DNA of 64,000 bases from Oceanispirochaeta sp. (lineage in GTDB: Bacteria > Spirochaetota > Spirochaetia > DSM-2461). Numbering within the stretch: the first letter of the stretch is position 1; each line of letters opens with the position of its first letter. Below are positions 39,733 to 48,816 of this stretch, in pieces. The notes below the pieces were generated by a model. That model ran no database searches, was not told where the DNA came from, and saw only the letters and a program-made list of their open reading frames with translations. The stretch covers positions 608,001 to 672,000 of the forward strand of contig CAXXOA010000002.1 of NCBI GenBank assembly GCA_963666275.2, read 5' to 3'. The position numbers were made by a program, and so were the translations under genes.

Positions 39733-40083
39733 ATGGAGAAGCAATGGGACATTGAGTTTTATTCTGATCACGATGGAAATTGCGAAGTCGCTGAATGGAT
39801 TATGAAGCTCAAAGTATCCCAGAGGAACAAGGTAATTGCCTGGATTGATAAGCTTCAGGAGATGGGGCCGCTATTGCCACGTCCCTATGCAGATCTTCTT
39901 TTGGATGGAATACATGAATTGAGAATGAAGGTTTCTGGAAATCAGGTTCGGATTCTCTATTTCTTTGTATTTGAAAACAGGATAGTCCTTACCCATCCCT
40001 TCTACAAGCACGTTTTGAAATTGCCTGAGAAAGAGATTCAGAAAGCTATTCAAATCCGGGAAGATTATATGAGGAGGAATTAA
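39733..40083 (+). CDS. RelE/HigB-like toxin
   Basis: WDIEFY..G..L.RPY..L.DGIHELR..RILYFF..IVLTH.F.K..EIQKA. Confidence 0.85.
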   Translation: MEKQWDIEFYSDHDGNCEVAEWIMKLKVSQRNKVIAWIDKLQEMGPLLPRPYADLLLDGIHELRMKVSGNQVRILYFFVFENRIVLTHPFYKHVLKLPEKEIQKAIQIREDYMRRN

Positions 40084-40085
40084 AG

Positions 40086-40364
40086 ATGAACTATTCAGAT
40101 TTTAAGGATACTCTTCGTAAAGATGATCCTGACTTTGACAGCCGTGTCAAAGCGGAAAAACTGAGAGTAGATCTGGCCGTTGCTATTGCAAAGAAGCGGG
40201 AAGCAGAAGGGTTTTCCCAGAATGTGATAGCCTCTCTAGCTCATTTGACTCAGCAGCAGGTAAGCAAGATCGAGAATGGCGAGAATTGTAATATCGATAC
40301 TTACTTCAAAGCGATGGCCGCTTTGGGTATGAATTTCAATGATCTTGTAGTCGCCGAAAACTGA
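40086..40364 (+). CDS. XRE-HTH antitoxin (HigA-like)
   Basis: SQNVIA..LTQQQVSKIENG; directly follows the toxin. Confidence 0.85.
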   Translation: MNYSDFKDTLRKDDPDFDSRVKAEKLRVDLAVAIAKKREAEGFSQNVIASLAHLTQQQVSKIENGENCNIDTYFKAMAALGMNFNDLVVAEN

Positions 40365-40710
40365 CGCCAATATTATACGAGCCCAGTAGGTTTATAAGCT
40401 TCGCGTGATTCAGTGGGATTATTATATAAGCTAGAATGAATTATGGAAAACTTACTACATAAGCGCTTCTTATGCGGTAGGATACAGCCCTATCTGTACT
40501 GCATAAGGACACTGTACAAGTTCAAGTCCTGCCTGGTCGCAAGCTTTGCTTGCTGCTCGGCCCTGCATCCTGAGTGGGCCCACTAAGCACTCCATTTCTG
40601 GAGTGCTTTTTTTGTACCTAAACGACTATAATGCATGGATTTAGGCTGGTTGGGGTAAAACGAGTGTCTGCTTCTGAAAGGGGACTGACGCCAGTATCGA
40701 CGCCTTTTGA
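40361..40710 (+). repeat. Junction J3 (core at 40520 interrupted by a 42-bp REP-like insert)
   Basis: Same motifs as J1/J2/J4; gttcaagtcct[insert]agtgggcccacta plus terminator; right arm repeats 40685-40704. Confidence 0.9.
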
Positions 40711-40805
40711 AATGTGATTGCCTTTATTCTGACGTCAGGATGGTGGCTGGAATGGAGAAGATTTCTATATTAGGAGAGAATTATTGTTCATTCTCTCTAG
40801 GTAGT

Positions 40806-41180
40806 TTATACACCTCCTTCTTTGAATACTTCTTTTGCAACCAGTATTGCGTTTATTGCTTTCGGGAAGCCGCAGTAAACAGATAGATGAAGAAATATTT
40901 CCAGTATCTCTTTCTTGGATATTCCACAATTCAGAGCTCCATTTAAATGTACTTTCAGTTGTGGAGCACAATCTCCCATAGCAGCTAATGAAGAAATTGT
41001 GACTAATTCTCTGTCTCTCAGTCCTAAACCTTCACGGGAATAAATCTCTCCGAAAGCATATTCAATGATGTATTTACCAAGATCAGGGCTTACGGAATTG
41101 AGATTCTCAATGACCTCATTTCCACCTTTCCCATCAACTTTCTTCAGTAATTCCAATCCTGTTTCAAAATTGTAACTCAT
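40806..41180 (-). CDS. Carboxymuconolactone decarboxylase family protein
   Basis: AFGEIYSR.GL..RDRELVTI..QLKVH..ALN.G..YCGFP. Confidence 0.88.
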   Translation of the reverse strand: MSYNFETGLELLKKVDGKGGNEVIENLNSVSPDLGKYIIEYAFGEIYSREGLGLRDRELVTISSLAAMGDCAPQLKVHLNGALNCGISKKEILEIFLHLSVYCGFPKAINAILVAKEVFKEGGV

Positions 41181-41225
41181 TTAGCATCTCCTATCGTGTT
41201 TTTCTAGGATGCTAAAGTATAAAGC

Positions 41226-41585
41226 TTACTTTAAGGCTATAGCGTTTTTATAGAATTCGACTTTTTCATCAAGTTTTAGCAAATGATCCATGTCTCTCTC
41301 AATCTTTTCTTTTAATACACATCGATGATTTTCAAGGATTTCAAGTCTTTCAGAGAGCGTTGAGTCTCCCTGATCTCGTAGATCGGAATAAGTCATGATG
41401 TCTTTGATTTGCATTCCTGTATCTTTCAGCCTGGTAATAAACAAAGCCCATGTAATATCCTTCTCGGAGAATTCTCTATATCCTGAACTGTTTCTTGAAA
41501 GCCCCGGAAATAGTCCCAATTTGTCGTAATATCTTATTGCTGAAACTGTGATCTGTGTTTTTTCTGAAAACTCTTTTATGGTCAT
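41226..41585 (-). CDS. MerR-family regulator
   Basis: MTIKEF..AIRYYDKLGL..R..SGYR.F. Confidence 0.92.
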   Translation of the reverse strand: MTIKEFSEKTQITVSAIRYYDKLGLFPGLSRNSSGYREFSEKDITWALFITRLKDTGMQIKDIMTYSDLRDQGDSTLSERLEILENHRCVLKEKIERDMDHLLKLDEKVEFYKNAIALK

Positions 41586-41703
41586 AAATAACCCTTGTTA
41601 GAAAATTTAGAATCATTTTTCCTGATTATTTTATTGATTATGGAAATCTTGCTCAATTCCAACCAGTCCCATCATCGGAACTGAATGTGGAGAGATTGCT
41701 ATA

Positions 41704-42402
41704 TTACTTAACTTTACCCAATGTAAAGCTTTCTATAGGGAGTGTATTCTCAACTCTCTGATACCAATCATTGAATACCAGCTCCAGAGAATTGACCTCG
41801 AAAGAACCAAAGTCGTGATTCCTGTAAGCATCCAGTTGTTTCAGGTATTTCTGAGTATTCGTCAGCTTATTCTTAAACCGGATTACTGTTGAATGGGCAG
41901 TTTGCAATTTATACCTTGTATCAATTGAGTTGCTGAGATTTGAACCATTAAAAGATGATCTTATTCTCTCTCTGAATTGGTTCAGGTTATCATTTTCAGG
42001 AAATCCCTGGATCATTACACATGAAGGGGAGGCTGTTATCCCTTTAAATCTTATAGAGAATCTGCCTGTTTGGGAGATTACTTTACGAATCAGTTCTGAA
42101 TAGTCCGGGATGCAAATGCTTGAGATATCAAATCCGTCGTAACATGAAATTATTGAAAGAAGAGTAATATGCATATCTGATTCCGGGTAATAATACTGAT
42201 CTGGGTCAATCAGACGCATTTCTTCAAGAAAGGATGTAATTCTTTGTTTTACGTCCAGGGATGGTCTGATCAGCAGAGTTATTCCGCGTCTTCTGTCGTT
42301 ATCAGAATCTATTAGAGTATCGAAGATGCCTTTACCTGATGCAATTTGACTTATGGAAGATGTATATAATTCGTTGTAATGCTGATTGAGATTCATACCC
42401 AT
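41704..42402 (-). CDS. 2H phosphoesterase / 2'-5' RNA ligase-like protein
   Basis: Two HxT motifs (HITL, HSTV); start approximate. Confidence 0.75.
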   Translation of the reverse strand: MGMNLNQHYNELYTSSISQIASGKGIFDTLIDSDNDRRRGITLLIRPSLDVKQRITSFLEEMRLIDPDQYYYPESDMHITLLSIISCYDGFDISSICIPDYSELIRKVISQTGRFSIRFKGITASPSCVMIQGFPENDNLNQFRERIRSSFNGSNLSNSIDTRYKLQTAHSTVIRFKNKLTNTQKYLKQLDAYRNHDFGSFEVNSLELVFNDWYQRVENTLPIESFTLGKVK

Positions 42403-42469
42403 ATTATCTATGACATTACGATTGATGTAAAACATCGATAAGAGTAACCAAAAAATTCTGCTCCATTCC

Positions 42470-42735
42470 ATCCAGTCCCATCATCGGAACTGAATGTAGC
42501 AATATTGCTGCATTAAACCGCCTGTTCACCAGACGAACGCAGAATGCAGATCCATGTTCATGTGATGAACTGCACGTTCATGACGTGAACGCCGGTGTTC
42601 ACCTGGTGAACCGATATATATAGATAAATACAGTATTATAAATATAATACTACTATAGGAATCTTCGATTCATGTTTGCATAAAGGTTTATACTTCATGC
42701 ATTGGTCAAGAACTTGTTCTATCAGCGGAACTAAT
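42470..42735 (+). repeat. Scaffold element copy B
   Basis: Palindromes at 42524, 42556, 42576 and 42597, then AT-rich tract. Confidence 0.9.
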
Positions 42736-42802
42736 CCACGCATAATTATTATCGTTGCATATGTTACAGAAATGGTCTGAATGATTTCTTATACTTAAAG
42801 AC

Positions 42803-43537
42803 ATGAAACTATATGAAGTATTAGCCGCCGAATATAAAGAGATTTTCCCATCTTCCCAGGAGAAGGTAGATTTTGTTGAACAGTACCTTGATAAGGGAGA
42901 GTCACAACGAATACTGGATATCGGATGTGCAAGCGGAGAATTTGTCTATCAGCTATCTTCTTCAACCAGAGAAATAACAGGGATTGATCTCGATGAACTT
43001 ATGATTGCTGAGGCAAAGAAACAAATAGTTTCTGACCAACCAGACGTCATTCAGTTCTTCCAGGTAGATATGCTTGGTTTTCTCAATAAATCAGAATCTG
43101 ATTTCTATGATTTCATCACATGCCTGGGTAATACTATTGTTTATCTTGATGGTGAATCTGAATTGAGAGGTTTTCTTCAATCAGCGCATAAAGCTTTGAA
43201 AGAGCATGGAACGATGATTATTCAGATATTGAATTACAGCAATCCCATGATTGCTCCTGGGTTTATATTTCCGAAGGCAGCGACTAAGAAGATTGAGTTT
43301 AACAGAGAATATGTGGCATTAAAAGATTCTGCAAAATTAGAGTTCAAGACCTCGGTAAAAGATAAAAGTTCCGGAGAGACTGATATAGATTTGCACCGGC
43401 ACTTCCCCTTTATCAGCAGTAGAATTGAAGAAATTGCCTTAGAGTTCGGATTTATTAAATCAAAAATATTTGGCGGTTATACCAGGACAGAAGCTGAGGC
43501 TTCTGATTTCTTCCATCTTATCGTTCTTGAAAAGTAG
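42803..43537 (+). CDS. Class I SAM-dependent methyltransferase
   Basis: ILDIGCASG, GIDL, CLGNT. Confidence 0.88.
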   Translation: MKLYEVLAAEYKEIFPSSQEKVDFVEQYLDKGESQRILDIGCASGEFVYQLSSSTREITGIDLDELMIAEAKKQIVSDQPDVIQFFQVDMLGFLNKSESDFYDFITCLGNTIVYLDGESELRGFLQSAHKALKEHGTMIIQILNYSNPMIAPGFIFPKAATKKIEFNREYVALKDSAKLEFKTSVKDKSSGETDIDLHRHFPFISSRIEEIALEFGFIKSKIFGGYTRTEAEASDFFHLIVLEK

Positions 43538-43609
43538 TTAAGGGAGGATTTCATTAAAGGAAGCTATATATTATCGATTCTAACGAAGAGAAAAATTGAT
43601 GAGAAAACT

Positions 43610-43906
43610 TTGTCCCGGATGTTTATTATTTATTGCCATAAATACCATAGAGCAGATAGAACCGGCTCTACTCATTGTGATACCTGCAAAGGCTTATTGG
43701 AATACAGTCTGAAGATAACTGAAAACTGTAAATGGAAGAAACAAGGAAGATTATGTTCTGCCTGCGCTGTTCATTGTTTTGAAGAAGAGAAACGAGAAAG
43801 AATCAGAGATGTAATGAGATACTCCGGACCTCGTCTTTTGCTCACAAATCCAATACTGTCAATTAGATATATTATACTGAAATCAATGCAAGGAAGGATT
43901 TCCTGA
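43610..43906 (+). CDS. YgbA-like (nitrous oxide-stimulated promoter family) protein
   Basis: IYC..H..C..C..L.EY..C..C..C.VHC..IR.VMRYSGPR; true start may be further upstream. Confidence 0.8.
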   Translation: MSRMFIIYCHKYHRADRTGSTHCDTCKGLLEYSLKITENCKWKKQGRLCSACAVHCFEEEKRERIRDVMRYSGPRLLLTNPILSIRYIILKSMQGRIS

Positions 43907-44011
43907 AAGTTTTAATCCGGAAATCCTTCCATATTAAAATCCTAGTTGCCTGCTATCCCCCGCTCCCAGAAAGCATAGTTAGTAATAAAATGCTACAAAG
44001 GAGCGGAGCCC

Positions 44012-44416
44012 ATGGGCCGTCATAAACTACCCTACAAAATGAAGAAGCCAAACCAGCATCATAGGTACTGGCGATACGTCTTATCAACTGATCCACACAG
44101 ATCAGAAATATCAACGAAAACCAAAGTCAAATATGAAGCTGAAAGAATAGCCAAAGAGGCATATCAGCTATCCATTCAGGAAGCGGATAAGGTCATCTCA
44201 TTTTCAGAATACAGCAAAGACTTCTTTACCGAGAAATGCAAGCTGACATTGAGAAGACAGGCATCCAACAAACCGATATCTCCTGAGATTCTGAAAGCCA
44301 AAAGAGGGCAGCTGCTGAATCATCTACAACCTCAGTTTGGAACTCTGCCTCTGAATGAGATTACCCAGGTTATGTATGAAGATTGGAGGATGGGAATAGT
44401 CCTTCTGGCTTCTTAA
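44012..44416 (+). pseudogene. Tyrosine integrase N-terminal fragment (open 134-aa ORF, no catalytic domain)
   Basis: W.Y..DP.R...ST.T..K.EAE..A, F.EY.KDFF..C..R, R..L.NHL.P.FG..L..I....EDW resemble spirochaete integrase N-termini; AGGAG RBS. Confidence 0.75.
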
Positions 44417-44419
44417 CAA

Positions 44420-44447
44420 ACATCGCATAAGAGCTATTATGATATAC
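44420..44447 (+). other. dif-like site (11-6-11)
   Basis: acatcgcataa-gagcta-ttatgatatac. Confidence 0.5.
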
Positions 44448-44589
44448 AGAAGCTAGCCTCTTATGAAGTACGAATTCTGATCATTCGCTAGAAGGGCTGC
44501 AGAAATAGAGCGAGGAACTCCTGCTGCTATTATTTGAATTTAAAGACATCTTTGTTTCCAAAAGGCACACATAATGTTATGATAAGAAT

Positions 44590-44865
44590 ATGGATAAGTT
44601 CTTCAACTGGAATGATGAGAAGAATGCTCTATTGATCAAAGAACGGAATATTTCGTTTGAGGAAGTTGTCTTCTGTATTCAGAATGATGGAATCCTTGAT
44701 GATGTAGCACATGCCAATCAGGAGAAATATCCCAATCAGAGGATTTTAATCGTCTTGATTGATGACTATGTGTATTTAGTCCCTTATGTAGAAAACGATG
44801 ATGAAATCTTCCTGAAGACTATAATTCCGAGCAGGAAAGCGAAAAAAGAATATCTGGGAGGGTAA
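44590..44865 (+). CDS. BrnT-like toxin
   Basis: FNWNDEKN..L..ER.ISFEE..H.NQ.KYP.Q..LVPYV..FLKTIIPSRK. Confidence 0.85.
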   Translation: MDKFFNWNDEKNALLIKERNISFEEVVFCIQNDGILDDVAHANQEKYPNQRILIVLIDDYVYLVPYVENDDEIFLKTIIPSRKAKKEYLGG

Positions 44866-44867
44866 GC

Positions 44868-45149
44868 ATGGACCTTGATGATTATGAAAAAGAAATACTC
44901 AAAGATTATGAATCTGGAAAACTGAAAACCTCAGGGATTAGCGATCGTGAAAAAGAACGGTTCTCTGAAATAGCCGCAAATACTCTAAAAAAAAATAAGA
45001 GGGTGAATATTCGATTATCTGAGCATGATCTCCAGGCTATTCAGAGGAAAGCTGTTCAGGAAGGGTTACCCTATCAGACCTTAATTTCCAGCTTGATTCA
45101 TAAATACACTAACGGGTTGCTTGTAGATAAGTCAAAAATTGCTGGTTAA
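44868..45149 (+). CDS. RHH/CopG-like antitoxin
   Basis: RVNIRLS..DL..I..KA..EGLPYQTLISSLIHK. Confidence 0.88.
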   Translation: MDLDDYEKEILKDYESGKLKTSGISDREKERFSEIAANTLKKNKRVNIRLSEHDLQAIQRKAVQEGLPYQTLISSLIHKYTNGLLVDKSKIAG

Positions 45150-45150
45150 A

Positions 45151-45457
45151 CTGACGCCGATACCGACGCCTTTATTATACGAGCCCAGTAACTTTATATG
45201 GAAAAATTACTACATAACAGCTTCTTATGCGGTACGATACAGCCCTATACGTACTGCATAAGGACTCTATACAAGTTCAAGTCCTAGTGGGTCCACTAAG
45301 CACTCCATTTTCGGAGTGCTTTTTTTGTGTCTAAACGCTTATAATACATGGCTTTAGGCTTGTTGAGATAAAACGGCCGTCTGGTTTTGAAAGGGGACTG
45401 ACGCCTTTATCGACGCCTTTTGGAAATTCTTCTGGTCCTGGAATGGTGAAGGATTTC
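45151..45457 (+). repeat. Junction J4 (core at 45275, terminator, right arm repeats 45398-45417)
   Basis: Same motifs as J1-J3; core has one substitution (gggtcca). Confidence 0.9.
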
Positions 45458-45744
45458 TATATTCAGTAAAATATAACAGTCTCTGGAAATCTCAGAGTGT
45501 ATCACCGTGGGATTCTTTCCACCTTCTTTACTTGAAGATGATTTTGAATATTGAATCAGGCAGTGATAACAGGAAGCTAAGCATGCTTCCATTATCGGAA
45601 TGTGGAAATATTTCCATATACTGGACTCAGATGAGAAAAGCTAACCCACGGGGGCTGAATTTTATTCTTCTCGGAGCAAAGCTGGCCCTGGACCGGAGTT
45701 GAGGGGACATTCTTTCAGCCCAAGTTTGCCCCGATGCTTACCTT

Positions 45745-46743
45745 TCAGGCGGTGAAAACGGACCTGATACTACCGGGGGGGTGATTAAAGCGTTTCCGGA
45801 AGGTTGCGGCAAAATCCCCCATATTGGAGTACCCCACAGCCAGGGCGGCTTCAGATACGGAAAATCCCTGATGCAGCAGCTTATACGCCCGGTCGAGTCG
45901 AATCTCGACCAGGGCTTGATGGACCGTACAGCCGAAGGCCTGACGAAATCCGGTTTTCAGTTTGTAATCGTTCAGATTAACCATCCGGGAAAGTTCAAAA
46001 AGTCCCGGAGGATCATCCATCCGGCTCTCCAGGATATGACGGGCCTCCCGTATCCTCTCAATATCCCCCGAAGAGAGGACCGCGCCGGATGACTGCATTC
46101 CATTTTTCAGATATTGGACTATACAGGCGGTCAGATCGGAAACAGACTCTTCCAGAGCCAGAGATGCATCTATGCTCTCTCTGGCTCTCTGAATTATTCT
46201 ATTGTGGAGATCCTCCATATGAGCAGGCAGCACACAGGGACATTTTATGATCGATTCGTGGCAGTTTTCCGCGTAGGGCTGCAGTTTCTTCGGAAGTGCG
46301 CAATCCCGGTCCCGGCAGTATTCATCAAAGATTTCCGGTTCGAAGTGGGCTTCAACCAGCTGAATCATCTGACCTCCGGGGGCTGATATTTCAATATCCA
46401 TGGGCCCATGGGCAAAGGAGAGATAGCACTGCCCCGGGTAGTTGTCAAACGCTTTTCTATTTCCTTTCATGCGGAAATGGACGATTCCCCGGGTGGAGAA
46501 CCCCATTTCCACCATCCGGGGGACAACTGAACGGCTGGAAAAACAAAGGTCCCTCTTTAAGTGAAGATCAATATAGGAGACGGAAACACCCGGGGAAAGG
46601 GCAATATTTTTGTAGATACCACAGAGTCCTTCGGTTTTTACATGGTATAGGGAGCTGACTTTTCCCGATAGAGAATGATCCTTTAAAGCTTTGGAAAATT
46701 CCAGCTCCACATCCCGGTCGTTACCCAGTTCCACTTGTCTCAT
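45745..46743 (-). CDS. AraC-family regulator (PchR/YbtA-like)
   Basis: LNDYKLKTGFRQAFG.TV..SVSEAA..VGYSN..FA..FRKRF. Confidence 0.9.
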   Translation of the reverse strand: MRQVELGNDRDVELEFSKALKDHSLSGKVSSLYHVKTEGLCGIYKNIALSPGVSVSYIDLHLKRDLCFSSRSVVPRMVEMGFSTRGIVHFRMKGNRKAFDNYPGQCYLSFAHGPMDIEISAPGGQMIQLVEAHFEPEIFDEYCRDRDCALPKKLQPYAENCHESIIKCPCVLPAHMEDLHNRIIQRARESIDASLALEESVSDLTACIVQYLKNGMQSSGAVLSSGDIERIREARHILESRMDDPPGLFELSRMVNLNDYKLKTGFRQAFGCTVHQALVEIRLDRAYKLLHQGFSVSEAALAVGYSNMGDFAATFRKRFNHPPGSIRSVFTA

Positions 46744-47015
46744 TGTCCTGCCTTTATTAATCCCGAATTCGGTAGAGAATTATTGTATATGAATATAACA
46801 TATAAGAACTAATATAGTTAGTCTTAATTAACTATGATGATTTTATGCTCATGCAAGGAATATTTCAAGCATGTAATTCCCATGTCAGGAGGAAACAGTG
46901 AATATTACGGAAATCAATCGGTTCTTCCATCAGGTAGCCCGATGGCAAATTCGAAAAAATGCAACGAAGTCAATGAGTATTGGCATATCTCAATTTATAC
47001 GGGAGACATAAGAAA

Positions 47016-48815
47016 ATGTCGGAAAAGAAAGAAGCTTCTCTTTTAAAGAGATTTGTTCCCTATATGGGAAGGAAAAAAGCCCTGCTGCCCCTGTCTCTGT
47101 TTCTATCCGGGACGGCTGCAGTGCTGAATATCCTGCCCTATGTTTTTATCTGGATCATCGTTAGGAAGATCCTGTCTGCGCCGGAAGGAATGAAGCCCGG
47201 TGAAACCGGGACCTACGCCTGGCTCGCTCTGGGAAGCGCCCTGGGAGGAGTGGTTTTCTATTTCTGCAGTCTCACGAGTTCCCACCTGGCCGCATTCCGG
47301 GTGGAAGTGGGGCTGCAGAAAGTGGCTATGGGGAGAATCCGAAACATGCCTTTAGGCTTTTTCGACCTGTATCCCAGCGGTAAAATACGGAAGATCGTGA
47401 ACGACGGGGCTAAGACAACCCATACTTTCCTGGCTCATCAGTTGCCGGATATGGCGGGAAGCATCGTCACCCCGCTTATTCTTTTAATCTTGACTTTCAC
47501 GGTGGACTGGAAAATGGGGCTCTGCTCCCTTATTCCCATCGCTTTGGGATTTTCCACCATGAGTTTCATGATGACTGAGAAAGGAAAGGCCTTCCAGAAG
47601 CAGTATATGGATTCCCTTGAAGAAATGAGCTCCCAGTCGGTGGACTACATTCGGGGAATCCCCGTTGTAAAGACCTTCGGACAGACCATATTCTCGTTCA
47701 AACGCTTTCATGACAGCATTATGGGGTACAAGGAGATGGTTCTGGCCTATACCCTTATGTGGAGGATGCCCATGTCCTTTTATACGGTTATTATGGAATC
47801 GGCCGTCTTCTTCCTTATCCCCCTGTCTATCCTTATGATCGGCCGGGAGGGGGATGTCCCTTTTATACTGGCGAACTTTCTATTCTATCTGCTCATTGCA
47901 CCCACCTTTACCCAGGTTCTGATGCGGACTATGCATTTTCGGCAGAATGCGCTGATCGCCTCCCATGCTATTGATCGTATAGACGATCTCATGGGGTATC
48001 CTTTCATGGAATATCCCTCTCTGGAATGTCGAAGCCGGGAGGTCAGCCTGGAATTCAGAAATGTTGGTTTCTCCTATGCCGGGACAGACTCCCCTGCGGT
48101 ACAGGGAATAAGTTTCAAAATCAATCAGGGTGAAACAGTGGCTCTGGTAGGTCCTTCGGGAGGAGGGAAAACCACGATTGCCCGTTTGGCCGCCCGTTTC
48201 TGGGACGCCGATGAGGGAGAGGTGCTCATAGGAGGGGAGCCTATTGGAAACTATCCCAAAAAGCAGTTAATGGACCGAATCTCCTTTGTCTTCCAGAACA
48301 CACGGCTCTTCAAGGGCTCCCTCCGGGAAAATATCGTCTTCGGTAAAGTAAACGTGGCCGACTCGGATATAGAGCGGGCCGTGGAGCTTTCTCAGTCTAG
48401 GGAGATCATCGACTATCACAGAGAGGGGCTGGATACAGTAATCGGATCCAAAGGAACCTATTTGTCCGGCGGAGAGCAGCAACGGATCGCCTTGGCCAGG
48501 GCGATTGTGAAAGACTCTCCCATCATTCTCCTGGATGAAGCCACGGCATTCGCAGATCCGGAAAATGAGCATCTTATCCAGAAGGGGATGAAAGAGCTGA
48601 AAAAGGGGAAAACCACCCTGATGATTGCTCACCGCCTGACCACTGTAAAAAACGCTGACCTCATTCTGGTCATAGAGAAAGGGAAAATTGTTCAGCAGGG
48701 GACCCACGAGGAGCTTATGGCCATGGGAGGACTGTATGAGACCCTGTGGAATGAGTACCAGAAGTCCATAGCCTGGAAAATCGCCGCTAAAGAAGCGGTC
48801 AGAATGGGAGAATAG
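47016..48815 (+). CDS. ABC transporter TM+ATPase subunit (IrtA/YbtP-like)
   Basis: SHLAAF, LAHQLPD, GPSGGGKT, LSGGEQQR, LDEATAFADPENE. Confidence 0.9.
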   Translation: MSEKKEASLLKRFVPYMGRKKALLPLSLFLSGTAAVLNILPYVFIWIIVRKILSAPEGMKPGETGTYAWLALGSALGGVVFYFCSLTSSHLAAFRVEVGLQKVAMGRIRNMPLGFFDLYPSGKIRKIVNDGAKTTHTFLAHQLPDMAGSIVTPLILLILTFTVDWKMGLCSLIPIALGFSTMSFMMTEKGKAFQKQYMDSLEEMSSQSVDYIRGIPVVKTFGQTIFSFKRFHDSIMGYKEMVLAYTLMWRMPMSFYTVIMESAVFFLIPLSILMIGREGDVPFILANFLFYLLIAPTFTQVLMRTMHFRQNALIASHAIDRIDDLMGYPFMEYPSLECRSREVSLEFRNVGFSYAGTDSPAVQGISFKINQGETVALVGPSGGGKTTIARLAARFWDADEGEVLIGGEPIGNYPKKQLMDRISFVFQNTRLFKGSLRENIVFGKVNVADSDIERAVELSQSREIIDYHREGLDTVIGSKGTYLSGGEQQRIALARAIVKDSPIILLDEATAFADPENEHLIQKGMKELKKGKTTLMIAHRLTTVKNADLILVIEKGKIVQQGTHEELMAMGGLYETLWNEYQKSIAWKIAAKEAVRMGE

Positions 48816-48816
48816 G

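Larger units (their letters stand above)
32830..40582. mobile_element. tRNA-integrated unit 3 (redox, defence and TA cargo)
   Basis: Bounded by tRNA 3' repeats at 32830 and 40520. Confidence 0.8.
40520..45295. mobile_element. tRNA-integrated unit 4 (detox, methyltransferase and TA cargo)
   Basis: Bounded by tRNA 3' repeats at 40520 and 45275. Confidence 0.8.

Noticed and set aside
24037..45295. Additional tRNA genes at the four junction cores
   Set aside because: Only the T-loop and 3' acceptor strand are present; no D arm, anticodon arm or 5' acceptor strand
15419..45457. Classical integron (intI/attC)
   Set aside because: No IntI; junctions are built on a tRNA 3' core and I could not find RYYYAAC..GTTRRRY attC hairpins; integron-like only by analogy
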